Source: Anthoceros angustus (Eukaryota > Plantae > Anthocerotophyta). From it: a stretch of 64,000 nucleotides of DNA. Below, in pieces: positions 40,186 through 53,200 of this stretch. Position 1 is the stretch's first letter. Each line of letters opens with the position of its first letter. The notes beneath the pieces were generated by a model. The model had not been told where the DNA came from. It searched no databases and saw nothing but the letters and a program-made list of their open reading frames with translations. The stretch is from assembly GCA_010909165.1 (NCBI GenBank), contig MU008188.1:372001-436000 (forward strand), written 5' to 3'. A program made the translations under genes and the position numbers.

Positions 40186-40450
40186 CTCTCACTATTCGGT
40201 AGATAGATGAGCTGCAAACATATACGCATGCTCTCAACTCTTCGCATAGGAAGCAATGGGAGGCAGCTATTCTTGATGAGTAGGCAGCGCTCATCGACAA
40301 TCAAACTTGGGATTTAGTACCTCTTCCTCCTGATGGTGGTGTTGTTGGGTGTAAATGGACCTTCAGGTCAAGTATCATGCAGATGGGTCCATTGAGCGTT
40401 TCAAGGCTCGGTTGGTTGCTAAGGGGTATTCTCAAATTGAAGGTCTTCAT
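40186..40450 (+). mobile_element. Isolated Ty1/copia reverse-transcriptase N-terminal fragment; duplicate at ~38055-38305
   Basis: WEAAILDE*AALIDNQTWDLVPLPPDGGVVGCKWT..KYHADGSIERFKARLVAKGYSQIEG. Confidence 0.9.
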
Positions 40451-40454
40451 TCAA

Positions 40455-40745
40455 TGATCAGGCCTGGCAACAAGAACACGGAGGAGGTGGACTGGCTGGA
40501 GAGATTCAAAGGCGAGCATAACTCTTCCTCCCTCCCACGTAAGACCGGGAATCCCTCGTCATTAAGCTCGACAACGTGGAACGAGAAGCAACATCCGCTA
40601 CATGCGCAGAGTCTCCAGCATGCAACTCTGCTACATGGAGCAAAATGTGACCGCCATAGATGTCGGGGGACTTCTTCTTAAAAAGAAGCAAAATGTGACC
40701 GCCATGGATGTCGGTCACACTCCTCTACACTTCGGAGCAGCTAAG
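40455..40745 (+). pseudogene. Ankyrin-repeat gene fragment, 5' part, interrupted by the copia LTR
   Basis: Frameshifted KQHPLHA..LLHGANVTAIDV and in-frame MDVGHTPLHFGAAK immediately before the LTR. Confidence 0.7.
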
Positions 40746-40941
40746 TATTGGGAGTTACATGTTTAGTAACTACTTACCACATGTCATATGTGATTTAGGT
40801 AGTTCGCAGTTGTGGCGTTACCACTTCCGGACTACTTAAGAACCATCTCAGAACACACACATAACGCCTCTGGATTATACATTCTTCTCCCTCGGCCTGT
40901 GATCTGTTCTGAGCATCATGCAGATGCTCCCGACTTCTTTA
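40746..40941 (+). mobile_element. 5' LTR (~196 bp, TATTG...CTTTA) of a copia element; duplicate at 38579-38784
   Basis: Preceded by CTAAG, followed directly by TGGTATCAGAGC, and homologous to the inverted copy at 57775-57979. Confidence 0.85.
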
Positions 40942-40953
40942 TGGTATCAGAGC
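40942..40953 (+). promoter_or_regulatory. Primer-binding site complementary to the 3' end of initiator tRNA-Met
   Basis: TGGTATCAGAGC, the canonical plant LTR-retrotransposon PBS. Confidence 0.92.
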
Positions 40954-43900
40954 ACAGAATTAATCCTTAGATGTTGATCGCAGGGACGCGTTGTGGACAA
41001 GTGAGCGAGGAAACATGACAAGGAGAAGAGCCCTGGCAATAGCCGCAAGACGCAATGCCAAGCCAATCTCACGAGGCCCTCCTCGCTTTCCTATCTTGTG
41101 CTCAAATTGTCAAGAAGAGAATCGATTGGAGCGTTTCCCTCGGCCACAATCTCTAAAGATTGAGAAGGTTATCACCGCACACTCACGACAGCTGCCTGTG
41201 GGTGATCGTTGAAGCCGCAAGGAAATTCCAATGCTCGGAGGTTGAGAGTTACGGCGTGCTCAAACCTCAAGAAGGCAGATTTGCAAGCTTCGTTTCCAAC
41301 TCGTTTCACTCCAGGAACGTGTTAAGGCTCAAGCTGATTTAATCAAGCAAATTTCGGGAAGCCTCATGATTCTTGACACCATCTGCAGCAACTTTATCGA
41401 AGAAGATGCCTTTAGCCGTGGTGCTTTGAATAGCGGGAGCCCTTCTCATTAAGAGAAGGCACAACTCAAGCTTATGCAAGATGTCTCAGACTCGGAGTCA
41501 GAGAGTGATGTCTATGACCTTTCATTTCTGTTTGAGCCTGTAGATTATTCCTTGTGGGATTTTTCTCCTACAGCCCTCTTGCATAGAGCCAGACAGTTGG
41601 TCATCAACTCTGTAATACCTGTAACCATGGCAACACCTTTACCTCCTCTCAAGATTGAATTCAGAGATAAAGATAGGTTTAATGGTGTTGATTATAACAT
41701 CCGGCTTTAAGAGTGAGCAGTTTTAGAAGAGAATGAGCTTATGGAGATTGCAGATGGGTCAGACCCAAAAGTGACAACTCCACTAGAGCTAGCGGCGACT
41801 TGATTGGGAACGTAAAGATAGGCGTGCTAGGTCTATACTTATTTACGCCCTTGATAGAAACATGATTCCTCACACCATAGGGTCAGTCTTTCGATGTGTG
41901 GAAAGTGTTTAAGCAGATCTACAAGATAAAAGCTCAACATCCACGATACACTCGTATAGGGACTTCTTCAATTTAAGGATGAAGGAAGGAGAGCAATTAG
42001 CTTACATCAACAAGTTTCGGACTTGTAGAGCCAATTTGGCTTCTTGAAATACCCTCGAGGTACAAGCTGCATCGACTTGCTAGCCTCGCTTCGAGCTACG
42101 AATTTTGTTGGAAGCGAATGCAACCATTCTGCGGCGGTCAGCGTGGTGCAAGCAACACACGACATTACTCTCGAAGAAGTTTTGGGTGCACTTCTCTCGA
42201 AGGCGTCGCATGGCCTTCACAAGACACGTGGAGCCACTAAGCAACTCAAGAGTGCTTTTTCTTCAAGAGGCGGTAGTTTTTAGGTGGGCGAGGCGAGGCG
42301 TCGAGGCTATCCATCACACCGCCTGGCCAGAGTTTTCTCAACACTCGGAAGAAATCCTTCATATGTAAGCGGTGCGGATGCGGACACCTTGGCGGATTGC
42401 GAGAAAGAAAAGAGCCGTGAGCCACGTAGAGATACTCCCAACTCGAGAATCAAATCTTGCTCTCCAAAGTTAAGTCACCAACCATCCTAGCAACTTGTCA
42501 TCCTCCATTCTGACTCAAAAGGATACTTGGTTTTGGACTCGAGCCACTAACCATCATCATGATAGGCGTTCTTTTTACATCTTTGAGCTGTGTCGATAAG
42601 GTTGTATCTTGGGAGATGATAGTGGCCTCTCGATAAAAGGATGTGGATCAGTCATTATTCAACTTCCTAGCCTGGACAGCATGATTCTTAGTGGAGTACT
42701 ATATGTTCCCTCTATGACCAAAAACCTTATGTTTGTTTTAAAGCTCTCTCAAGAGCACATGTGTCAGACTTGTTTTGATCATAGCGGTTGCTGTATTACA
42801 TATGTATCTTCAAGTCAAGAATTGTTTTCAGGTCAACCCTTTAATGATCTGTACATGCTCAATGTTAAAACCATCCCGCCTAGTTCACCATCTGCAAATA
42901 TGGTCCAACCTCCTTCCACTATGCAATTATGGCACCGCCTTGGCCATGTGAACTTCCAGTCTTTCCTCCTTAGCAACAAGGAGTTATAGGATTCTTTTAA
43001 GTTTACCCACATACATGATCCTTTCAGGATTCATGTGAAATGAGCAAGGCTCATTCACGCCATTTTCGATAAGGAACCAACTCGAGCCACCAGCCTGTTG
43101 GAGACAATTCACGCGATATATGTGGCCAATCTCAACTCAATCCTTTGGAGGAGCATGTTACTTCATCACATTTATATGAGCCAGATGTCGTCTGTCGTCT
43201 ATCTGCTTTCACCACAAGAGTGAAAACAGCGGAGTGTTTTCAATCCTTTATTAGACATGCTCGGTGACATCTGAGGAGAGTTCGTATTCTTCAGACAATG
43301 GTGGAGAATATACACGAATGATTTCAAAAATTTCTGCGGTGAAGGATCAAACACCAATTCACGTCCTATACTCCTTCACGAAATTCTTTTTTGAAAGAAA
43401 GAATCGCACACTACAAGAGGCAACTTTGGCAAGTCTCTGTTTATTTGGCGTGGGTGGGCGAGGCTCTCATGGCCACCAACTACATTCGATAAGTAAGGAG
43501 CTTGGCTCTATCACTCCATACGAGAGGTGGTGGCAAGAAACCTAGAATTTCTCATTCTGGTTGGATCTCATATGCTCTCATCCTCGAGTTGCGCGCAAAC
43601 TTGATCCCAAAGCACATCGAATCTTTGTTGGGTATTACGAGGTAAAGGGATACAAGCTTTTTGACCCTGCCAGGCGGACACTAACCATCTCTCGTAGTGT
43701 GGTGTTTCATGAGCAAGCTCTCCTTCAACGACATGCTCGCCAAATTCTTCCTCAAGCACCAGAACAAGGTCTTTCCTATCATGGTGTGCTGGATACTGAA
43801 GATTCTGTAAACCAAGATGATGTCACCATTTTTGATGACGAGGATGAGCTTCCGGCATCAGTGGGGGCAGATCTGCAACAACAACCACAACTACCCCGAG

Positions 43901-44210
43901 CAACCATGCAGCAGCAGATGCTCCACCTGCGATGAAGGTGCGATTACTCCTCTTCGCTATATAGATGAAGTTCGTGAAGTCCGACAATGAGCAAGTGCGC
44001 AGATGAACCCGCAGCTCCCTTCGGCTGCTCACCAGAGTAAATGCGTCGTCATTATAGTGAATGGCAACCGACTATGTAGCGTGTGTTGCATCCACATACC
44101 CCCATCTCCTACTTATGTACGGTGTTGCTTCCTCTCTCTATGAGCCACTCACTTAGAAGCCAGCACGCCCCGGTCGAGCAAAGGAAGGCGACCATAGATT
44201 TGAATACATC
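40954..44210 (+). mobile_element. Degenerate Ty1/copia internal region (gag, protease, GAG-pre-integrase, integrase, start of RT)
   Basis: DRFNGVDYN, a DSGATNH-like protease motif near 42530, GVLYVPSMTKNL, LWHRLGHVN, SDNGGEY, ERKNRTL, RKLDPKA..IFVGY, EPLT..EA. Many frameshifts. Confidence 0.9.
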
Positions 44211-47200
44211 ACCACCCATTTGAGGATCGTCATGCGTCGTGGTTAGAGGGCCGCCGCCCCACCTTCCCTTCACCTTCGTGGCCTGCATTTACCTCCCACT
44301 TCCTCTCCGGTATCGGCCAGCGCCAGGACCTCCACCCGGTCCACCTCACAGTTCCTCCTGCAGCTTCTTGGATCGGACCTCCTTGTTGGCCGCTGCCAAC
44401 ATTTCCGGCGATACTCGAGACTAGGATGACAGCCAGTCCGTTGTGGAAGGGGAAAGTGACTGTGAGTTAACGCCACGCGCGCCAGTGGCTCAAGGCGGTC
44501 AGAGTGGGACCGAGGCCACCGCTTTGAGGAAGGCAGCACTGGGAGGAATAACGAGTTCCACTCGTGCATGCATCTCGGCGCCGAGCCAGGCAGATAAGGC
44601 TGAGGTAAGGGGGCTGGTCAGCGGGAGGGAGGAGCAGGAGGGCGCTGTTGCTGAGCTCACTGGCCAGTGGAGGCCAAGATCCGGCGCCACACCGTAGGAG
44701 GAGGAGGAGGAGGAGGAGGAGGGGGGAGACCAAGAAGAAGGACTGGCGGAGTGAGGCCATGGCCCAAGAAGATGAGTGAGCGCGACCCCAACTCGGACCT
44801 GAGGGCAGCACAAGGGGAGGAAGCGACTACGAGAGCCCACACGTGTCGGTGGAACACGGGCGGCCAAGGCGGGTGCCTCAAGCGCAATGCGGATGCGGCT
44901 CTTTGGGCGGGGCCTTGGCCGAGACGGGAGGCGATGGCAGCATGCCGGCCGCCAGAGCCATTGAGGCACAATTAAGGTTCTCTCAAGATGATCAGCGCAT
45001 GGACGACGAGCGAAGTGGCGCTATCCCTTGTCTTGAGAGATGCATCACAGCCGCTTTTTTTGCATAATGCACGCGTAGGAAGGCCGCAGATGGGAGATAG
45101 GGTTTGATGCTAGGCGTGCAATTTTTCGATGTGCGATGGACATCCTTTTGATCAATGGAATGACTGTGAATTATCGTTTGCACGAGCGAAAACATTCTTG
45201 GCGAGGTTGTTGCAGACGCGCGATGTGGTGGTGGTCCCACCGGTCGCAGCTTGCTGTTGTGTTGCCATGCCACCGGGATGTCAAGAATATGTGGCAGTCG
45301 CTACCTTCAGTAGTACAGCACAGCGAGGAGTTGGCTTTTTCTTATGACCACAGCATGCGATGTAAAAAGGTAATAGGTCGATTTGTGTTTGGAGCCTGCA
45401 CACTGTGAGCTAACTTGGCCCGCCTCCGATGTCCGTCCTCAGTTGTGAGGCATGTATTCATTGGGTGTCGGGTATGTTTCTGTGAGCTATCATTTCAGTA
45501 TGCTAAGGTTGCAAAACCATCAGCCTTTCTCATGCATGGGATTGGCGTGATCCTGGCGTACCATTTCTCGGCCCTTCTCCTCTGATCAAAAGATTCACGC
45601 GTCATTGGTGGAGATGGTGCAAGCAAGTCGGGCTTTGCCAAAGGATGCACTTGGGATCGATGGCGGGTGCGTGAATTGAAAGGTCCGTATGTATGGACTT
45701 GGTAGTATGGAAGGGGCCGGGCAGCCATGTTTTTGTTGAAGGTCTGGGCATGATGTAGGATTTTCCTTCTATGGCACGATGTTTAGTGCACCCATCTCAT
45801 AATGAGAGGTTTGCCGCCTCCTCTCAAGGCCTCCTGTAGAAGGTTGAGAAGGCGGCTTTCATATATCTTGTGGCCATCCCTTCGCTTTACCGATCGCAGT
45901 ACTTCTTCTTGTTTGAAAGAGGATCGTGGTTCTCATTGTTTGCAAGACATCGCCTTGAGTTCATATGAATAACGGTACATGAAAGTCAAATGAAACTGCG
46001 AAGGCGGGGGACGCAGTAAAATGGAGGCACATCCCATGAATTCGCAAAACCATGGCGTGCCCGGCAGCGGCCGTCATTTACATGGAGAGTAGGTGAAAGT
46101 TCTGGAGCACACTCAGGAAGGACCTCGGACCACGCATGGGGAGTAGCCGGGATAAGTCCGGACCCCACTCCCGGGTCGGAATGGGATAAGTATGCGGTAA
46201 AGTAACTTAGAAGTTGGAGCGTGATTTAGGGCTGTGCAAACCACGTGGACGGTGCAGAGGCGGTGAACGGCATGCATCAGCCGTGACCGTAGGTTGCCAA
46301 GCATGCTAGGGTATCTACGCCCGGCATTATAAGCCGCCACAGAAGGCCGCTCAGATGCAGTGGTAGTAAAGGCCGTAAGGCCGTAAGGCCGAAATTGCCT
46401 CACGTGGCCTCACGGCAGTTCGACACATACGGCAACAGAGTCACGCTTGTGCTGGCATAGGTTATTCTCTCGATGAAGAGAAGCGAGACAGAGGTCATCC
46501 TTTCAAACAACCTCGCGATTTTCACACTCTCTCTTTCGCGCGATAATTCCGCTCTGGCGTTGTCTTTTACTTTTCGAGCGCTGCACCTCTGCCGCTGCTC
46601 GACTCAGGTGGGCAAAGCGGTGTCGACTGCCCGGAAGGTGCGTAAGGACGAGATTGTGGGAGCCCCAAGTCTCAACAAATGGGCAGAGAAGGAGCGCAAG
46701 GATGGGACCAAAGGCGGTGTGGTGGCGAGGCCATGCCATGTCGGAAGAAGAAGGAGGCGGAGTGCGCTCACCCCAACTCCACGGAGGGCGAGCACAAGGG
46801 GAGGAAGCGACGGTCGAGACCGCAGTGTCGAAGTGGAAAACATGGCGGCCAAGGCGGGTGCCTCCACGCCCAATGCCGGATCACGCTTTGGAGGAGGCCT
46901 TGTGGGGACGGAGAGCGTAGCAGATGCCGGCCGTCGAGGCCAATTGAGGGCTGGTGGTTCTCGGCCCGATGATCGCGCATGGACGAGAGAAGTAGCGGCG
47001 TCATCCCTTGTCTTGAGAGATGCATCGTAGTTTGCATAGGGGCATGCACGACGTGGAAGGCCGCAGATGGGAGATAGGGTTTGATGCTAGGCAATTTTGC
47101 GATGTGCGAGGGACATCCTTTTGATCAATGGAATGACACCGCCTTGAATTTTGGTTGTTTACCTTTGAGTAAACATTCTTGGCGAGGTTGTTGGGTGACG

Positions 47201-50200
47201 GCAGCGATGGTGGTGGTGGTCCTAATTGCCGCAGATTCTTCGGAAGGTTGCCGAGGTTGCCATGCACGATGGCTACCGATGTCAATAATATGTGGTCCGC
47301 TGCCGTTTAGCCTTCATAGTACAACGAGGAGTTGGCTTTTTGTATGACCCGGCATGCAGTGTGTGCAAGGTAATAGGTCGATTTGTGTTTGGAGCCTGCA
47401 ATACTGTGAGCTAACTTGGCCCGCTCTGGATGTCCGTCCAGTTGTGAGGCATGTATTCATTGGGTGTCGGCATGTTTCATGAGCTATCATTTCGTGATGC
47501 TAAGGTTGCTCCTACCACTCACGAGCCTTTCTCATGCATGGGATTGGCGTGATCCTTTGGCGTACCATTTACGGCCCTTCTCCTCTCTGACATTCACGAC
47601 CTGCGTCATTGGTGGAGATGGTGCAAGTCAAGTCGGGCTTTGCCAAAGGATGCACTTGGGATCGATTGATGGCGGTCAATGAATTGAAAGGTCCGTATGT
47701 ATAGCGGACTTGGTAGTATGGAAGGGCTGCGATCATGTTTTTTGAAGGTCTTGGGCATGATGTGGGGATTTTCCTTCTATGCACGATGTTTAGTGCACCC
47801 ATCAGTAATAAGAGGTTTGCCGCCTCCTCAAGGCCCCGCCTGAAGGTTGAAGGCGGCTTTCATGTATTCGCTGGCCATCCCCTCTTCTGTTTCGACGGAT
47901 CGTACTTCTTCTTGTTTGAAAGAGGATCGTGGTTCTCATTGTTTCCGATCGCGGGTTCCTTGAATACACGGTCATAAAGTCCATAGGCGCGAAGACGGAC
48001 GCCGTGGGCCCGCATGGTTCGCAAACCATGGCCGTGCCCCGGCCGCGGCCGTCATTGCATGGAGTAGGTGAAAGGACTCTGGAGCACACTCCGAAGGACC
48101 TCCGGACCACGCACCGGAGTATCGGGATAAGTCCGGACCCCACTCCGGGTCAGAATGGGATAAGTATGCCAAGTAAAGTAACTTAGAAGTTGGAGCGTGA
48201 TTTAGACAGGCAAAACCACGTGGACGGTGCAGAGCGGTGAACGGGCATCAGCCGTGACCGGGGCGGCGCGTAGGTTGCATGGGCGTTATAGGTAGGTATT
48301 CACGCTCGCACAACAAGGCGTAAGGCCGAGTAAGCGGCAGCCGAAGCGCGCAGTAAGCTTGCGTGCCTCGAGGCCACGGGCGTAAGAGCCACAAGAATTG
48401 GTTATTCGAAGAGAAGCGAGCAGAGGTCATCCTTTCAAACAACCTCGCTGACGATTTTCACACTCTCTTTTCGGCAGAAGCTCGGGCGTTGTCTTTTATT
48501 CGAAGGCCAGTACTTTGAGCAAAGCGAATGTGTGGCGGAAGGGCGTATGACGAGATTGTGGAGCCCCAAGTCTCAACAACAGCGGAAGGAGCGCAAGGAT
48601 GGGACCAAAGAAAGCGCGAGGTGTGGGAGCCATGGCGCTGGTGGAACGCAACATCGTTACCAAGCGCCACCTGCATTTCTATCTGCTCGCCACCACCAAC
48701 GACGCCGAGGGCACGACATCGAAGTCGGCGAATTCCCGGTAGAGGCCCATCGTGGACCGGATTCGCCGCTCGTAGCGTGCAAGTCCCGTGGAGAGCGTGG
48801 GGGTGGGGGTGGGGGAGGCAAAGGCTCGGGAGGTGGAAAACATTCGACACCGCGAATGAAGTCCGCAGCGCGCTATTCGGCGCGTTGGTTTTGGGTGAAG
48901 CCGCTGTGCGGTGGGTGCGCTCGCGAACGAAGGATGCACACGAAGCATGGGATGAGGATGGCGAGGCAGGGGATGCATACCGCGGGGATGACCGCGGAAC
49001 AAGAGGGCGACAGCATCTGCCGTCCATGCCCAGTGTTCGCGGAACGCTTCTGGACGACATCGGCACTACCAAGAGGATGGAATGGGGACATGATCGAGCA
49101 TATCTTGGAGGCGATTGAGGAGGCAAGGCATGGGATTGGACCATGGTGGTTTTGTGTGTACGGGTGGAACCATGCCAAGAAGGGAGGATGCCGATGAGAG
49201 GTGGGCAATGCATTGTGGACGAAAGCAGGTCAAGCATACACCGAGGATACCAATTCCAAAGACATGGACGCTGCTTTCAATTCGCGTTCGAGAATGCGAG
49301 TCAGCGAACGGCATTGGTGGGTTGGTGCGGTCCAACGCAGCGGAAGGACAAGGGATGCGGCGAAGGGAGCCGCCGCTCGTACATACGCAATGGTGATGGG
49401 TGAGGTCGATGCAATTCAAGTCATGCCAGGTGACGGCGGTCGACCGTGTACGTGGTCGGTTCGATCTTGGGCAGCCCACGCACCTGCGACGGCCGGACAC
49501 GGCGCTCGACCGCAATCGCGGAGTGCCATGGCGAAAAGGGAGCAGCGCGCAGTAATCGCAAAGGCGATGGCCGGGCCGGGTGGAGTGGGGATGCAACACT
49601 ACGGTGCATCTTGTGTAAGACCGTCCATAGGCAGTTTCCGCGATGTATGGCGGGCGGGCGGGACTACATGGGCATGTTGGCGATGGCATGCGGCGGGCGG
49701 GGCGATGACAATTGCCAGCGGCAGGGTGCCGCGATGCGGCAATGTCGGTTTACGTTTCTCCTTGACAACGGATCGTATGTCTTGTCGTGGACAAGGTGTG
49801 AGCTTCTTTGCCGAAGAGGAGGTGCAGGCTGCTCGTCATCCTCGAGCACTGCGATTATATGGGGCGAAATTCCAGTGTTGCTTGCTACAAAGAGTCTCGT
49901 GTTTCTCTTCAGCGTGCACACACCAGCCTATCAAGTAGAGTTGTGGGGTGGAAAGGCGTAGGAATAATGGTGGGGTGAGGTATTTGAAACATTGTATCGT
50001 GGATTTGTGGAAAAGCAAAGGGCATGAATGTCCTAGGCATGGGGGCAGCAACAAAGCGTTCGCCTGAAGTGAATAAGGCACATGCCGTTCATTTCATGAA
50101 AGCATTTCGGTGGCGTGGCGGAATTATCGACATACGGTAGATGAGCAAATCATTGTCGATGTAGATGGAACAAGTGGCGTGCTCTCGATTGAACCATCTC

Positions 50201-53200
50201 TAAGTAGTGAATCCGGCGGGAGACCGCAGCGAGCGGTACATGGGAGGATAGGCCAGTATGCGAAACACTGCGGGAATCATGGGGGCCGGCGAAGGCGGGG
50301 GGTTCGGTTGAGGCGATGGTCGGATTGATGGCGCGGTGCGGGGCGCGATGAGGCGAAACGGCGGTGTCTGGAAGGAGGAGATGAGGGTGAGGACGAGGCG
50401 GGGGGTGGATGGCGGGCGTGAGCAGAGTCGGACGATGGGGTTGGATGGATGGGAGGCGGGCGAGGGCGGGCGAGGCGGCGCGGGAGGCGAGGCGAGGCGG
50501 AGGCGCGCGAGGCGGGGAGGCGGCGGCGGAGCGGGCGCAGCGAGGCGGCGGGCGGGCGGGCAGGCGGGCGGGGGGGCGTGGGCGCGAGAGGCGTGGCGGA
50601 GGCGGCGGTGGGAGGGCAGGCGGAGGCGCGTGTGCAGGTGCGAGGGAGGGGAGGCGGGGCGAGTGGGAGGCGAGGAGGGCGCAGAGGCGAGGAGGCGGGC
50701 GGGGCGGCCGAGGCAGGTGCGAGGCAGGCGGAGGGGCGGGGCAGAGGGCAATGAGGATGGCGAGGGAGGCGGAGGGGTCTTGGTGCCGTATGGCAGTGGT
50801 GGGCGGAGGGAGATGGGCGTCTGCAAGGAGGGGAGATGGAGGGCGCGGAGAGGACGGGAGGGGGATCGATGGAGGAAGGGAGAAGCGAAGTGTCGGGAGG
50901 TGGAGGCGATCACATCCTCGATCACGAAGGCGGCGGCGGGGGAAGGGAGGTCGGGAGGTGCCCTTTGAGTGGAGACTTTGAGGAACATCGCGGAGGGGCG
51001 GAGGAGGCGGGGCCGGACATTGAAAGGGCTCGCGAGGCGGTGGGATGTCGGACGTTGAGGAGGAGGTGGGGCGGTGCCATGGAGAGGGCCTGTCAGCGGA
51101 CAATGAAGGCGTGCAACCTCATCTACAAAATGTGACCATCACGGGGTGTGAGCGGGAGTGAGGATTGTCGAGGCAACCTGCGGGCAGTGAGTGCTCGTGC
51201 CAGGAGGCGGTGTGACATTGCGAGCCATGCGGTAGGAGGCCAGAAAGTCGCGTGCGCATTCGGGTGCACAATACAGCGATGTACATGTGGCACATGATGT
51301 GAGTGTCTGAACTTGGAGCACATGGTGGTGGCGGTCGATAAGCGGCCTAGCAGACGAAGCTAGCAGGTGAGTGTTGTCTTTGCGGTCTGACAAGATGTAC
51401 ATGTTCCACTTGAGGTGCCGCATAGATGGGGGCCACCTACATAGCGTGGGGCGGTCTTTGGAGGACAACAAGCGGGCGGGAACAATCTACAAGGCGTGCG
51501 GAGGCGGTGCGTGAGGTTTGGGCACCCAGTTCGGTCGATTTGTTGAGACCTAGTTGAGGAGGACTGAACGGTAGCGAGAGAGCAGGAGGAACTTCATTCG
51601 GGGCCATCGGTGCACAATCGGAGTAAGGTGGATCTTGGATGTCATGTGTGAAGGGATTTGCCGCAATGTGCTTCCAGAATGCGGCTACTTCCGGACGGGC
51701 CGTGCGGACATAGGCGTGGTTGGTGGGTGGAATGCGTGGGTGTGAGGCGCATCGAGCACACGGAGGCGAAGGAGAAGTGGGGCTTCACAGACAAGAGGTA
51801 CATGTTGGAGCCCAGGGGCCGTGAGTTGGATACCATAACCCTTGGCCATACATTCCTTCGCAGCATGCATTCATGCCCACCATGAGAGACATGGCGACTT
51901 TCGTTGGGTGTGGAACTTGCGGTGAGAAAATGAGGTCGAGGCGATGACACAGCCACGCGGAGGCCTTCGAGGAGGAGTGGTGGGCGGCTGTAGGGCCCTT
52001 TGCATATGGGGTAGGCAGGGAGGCGACAAAACTATGTCCCGGACGCGATCGCGCAATGTTGCCGGAGGTGCCCTCCTCATTGCATTCTTGTGGCGTAAGT
52101 GAGCGTCGGCCAAGATCGTCTTACAATGTCTCCATCACGCGTGGTGTGAACTGGGAGCGAGGACAGCAGAAAATGCGGGCCGGGCCGCTGCCCAGTGAGG
52201 GTGTGTGACGGCAAAGATTACAGCCATGCAATGAGGCTATGGAAATGCGGTCGAACAAGATTCTACGGGTGCAATACTTCAATGTAATACCTGGATGTAC
52301 ATGTGGCATATGGATCGCGAGTTGGAAATTTGAGCACATATGGTGGTCACCGCCACCCGGCAGCCGCAGACACCGATGAAGCTAACGGGTGTATCGTACT
52401 GCAGCGAACAAGATGTACATGTTCCACTTGTGTGAACGCCATAGATGGGGCCACGCATCATAACGTGGGGCGGCTCGAGGACAACAAGCGGGCAGGAACA
52501 ATCTACAAGGCGGGAGGCAGTGCGGAGGTTTGGGCACCCGCAGCGATTCGGGTCCGATTGCGCAGCACAACCCAGTTGAGAGGACTCAACCAGCGCCAAG
52601 CCGCAGAGACTGTGAGAACTTCATTCGGCCCAGCAATCGTAAGGTGGATCTTGCATGTGAAGGGATTTCCGATTCCGCTAATGCGGCCTGGCTCTACCTC
52701 CTGACTTCTGCCTACATGCACAGGTGGCATGCAGGTGAGCAGAGGCCCCAGCACTCCCTCCGGAGGCGTCAAGGAGAAGTGGCCTGCATAAGAGGTACAT
52801 GTTGGAGCTTCCAGACACGTGAGTTGGATACCACGAACCTGGCACATACAGACCTTGCAATGCAGATTCATGCCCACCACGAGGACAGAGCGGCCGACTT
52901 CGCTCGGGTGTGGAACTTGCACAGGTGAGGAAAATGAGGTCGAGCAGCCGACTGCCATCGCGGAGGCCCAGGGAGGAGAGCTCACAGTAGGGCCTGCGGG
53001 GTAGGACGAGGAGGACAGCAACCCACTATGTCTCACCACGCATGTGTTGCACCGGAGGCACCGCCTCCCATTGCAGCATTGTGTGCGAAGGGCTGTGCCA
53101 AGATCGCTGTGGAATGTGAACACCAACAATGGACGACAGGTTGTGCAGACATGCAAGTGGCGCAGACACAGCGATGGCAGGCTTGAAGTGTACAAATTAC

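Larger units (their letters stand above)
37130..41720. repeat. ~2.1-2.4-kb tandem duplication; the first copy is garbled and shortened at its end
   Basis: Identical ORFs at 37966 and 40100 (offset 2134). Junction near 39270-39290. Confidence 0.9.
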
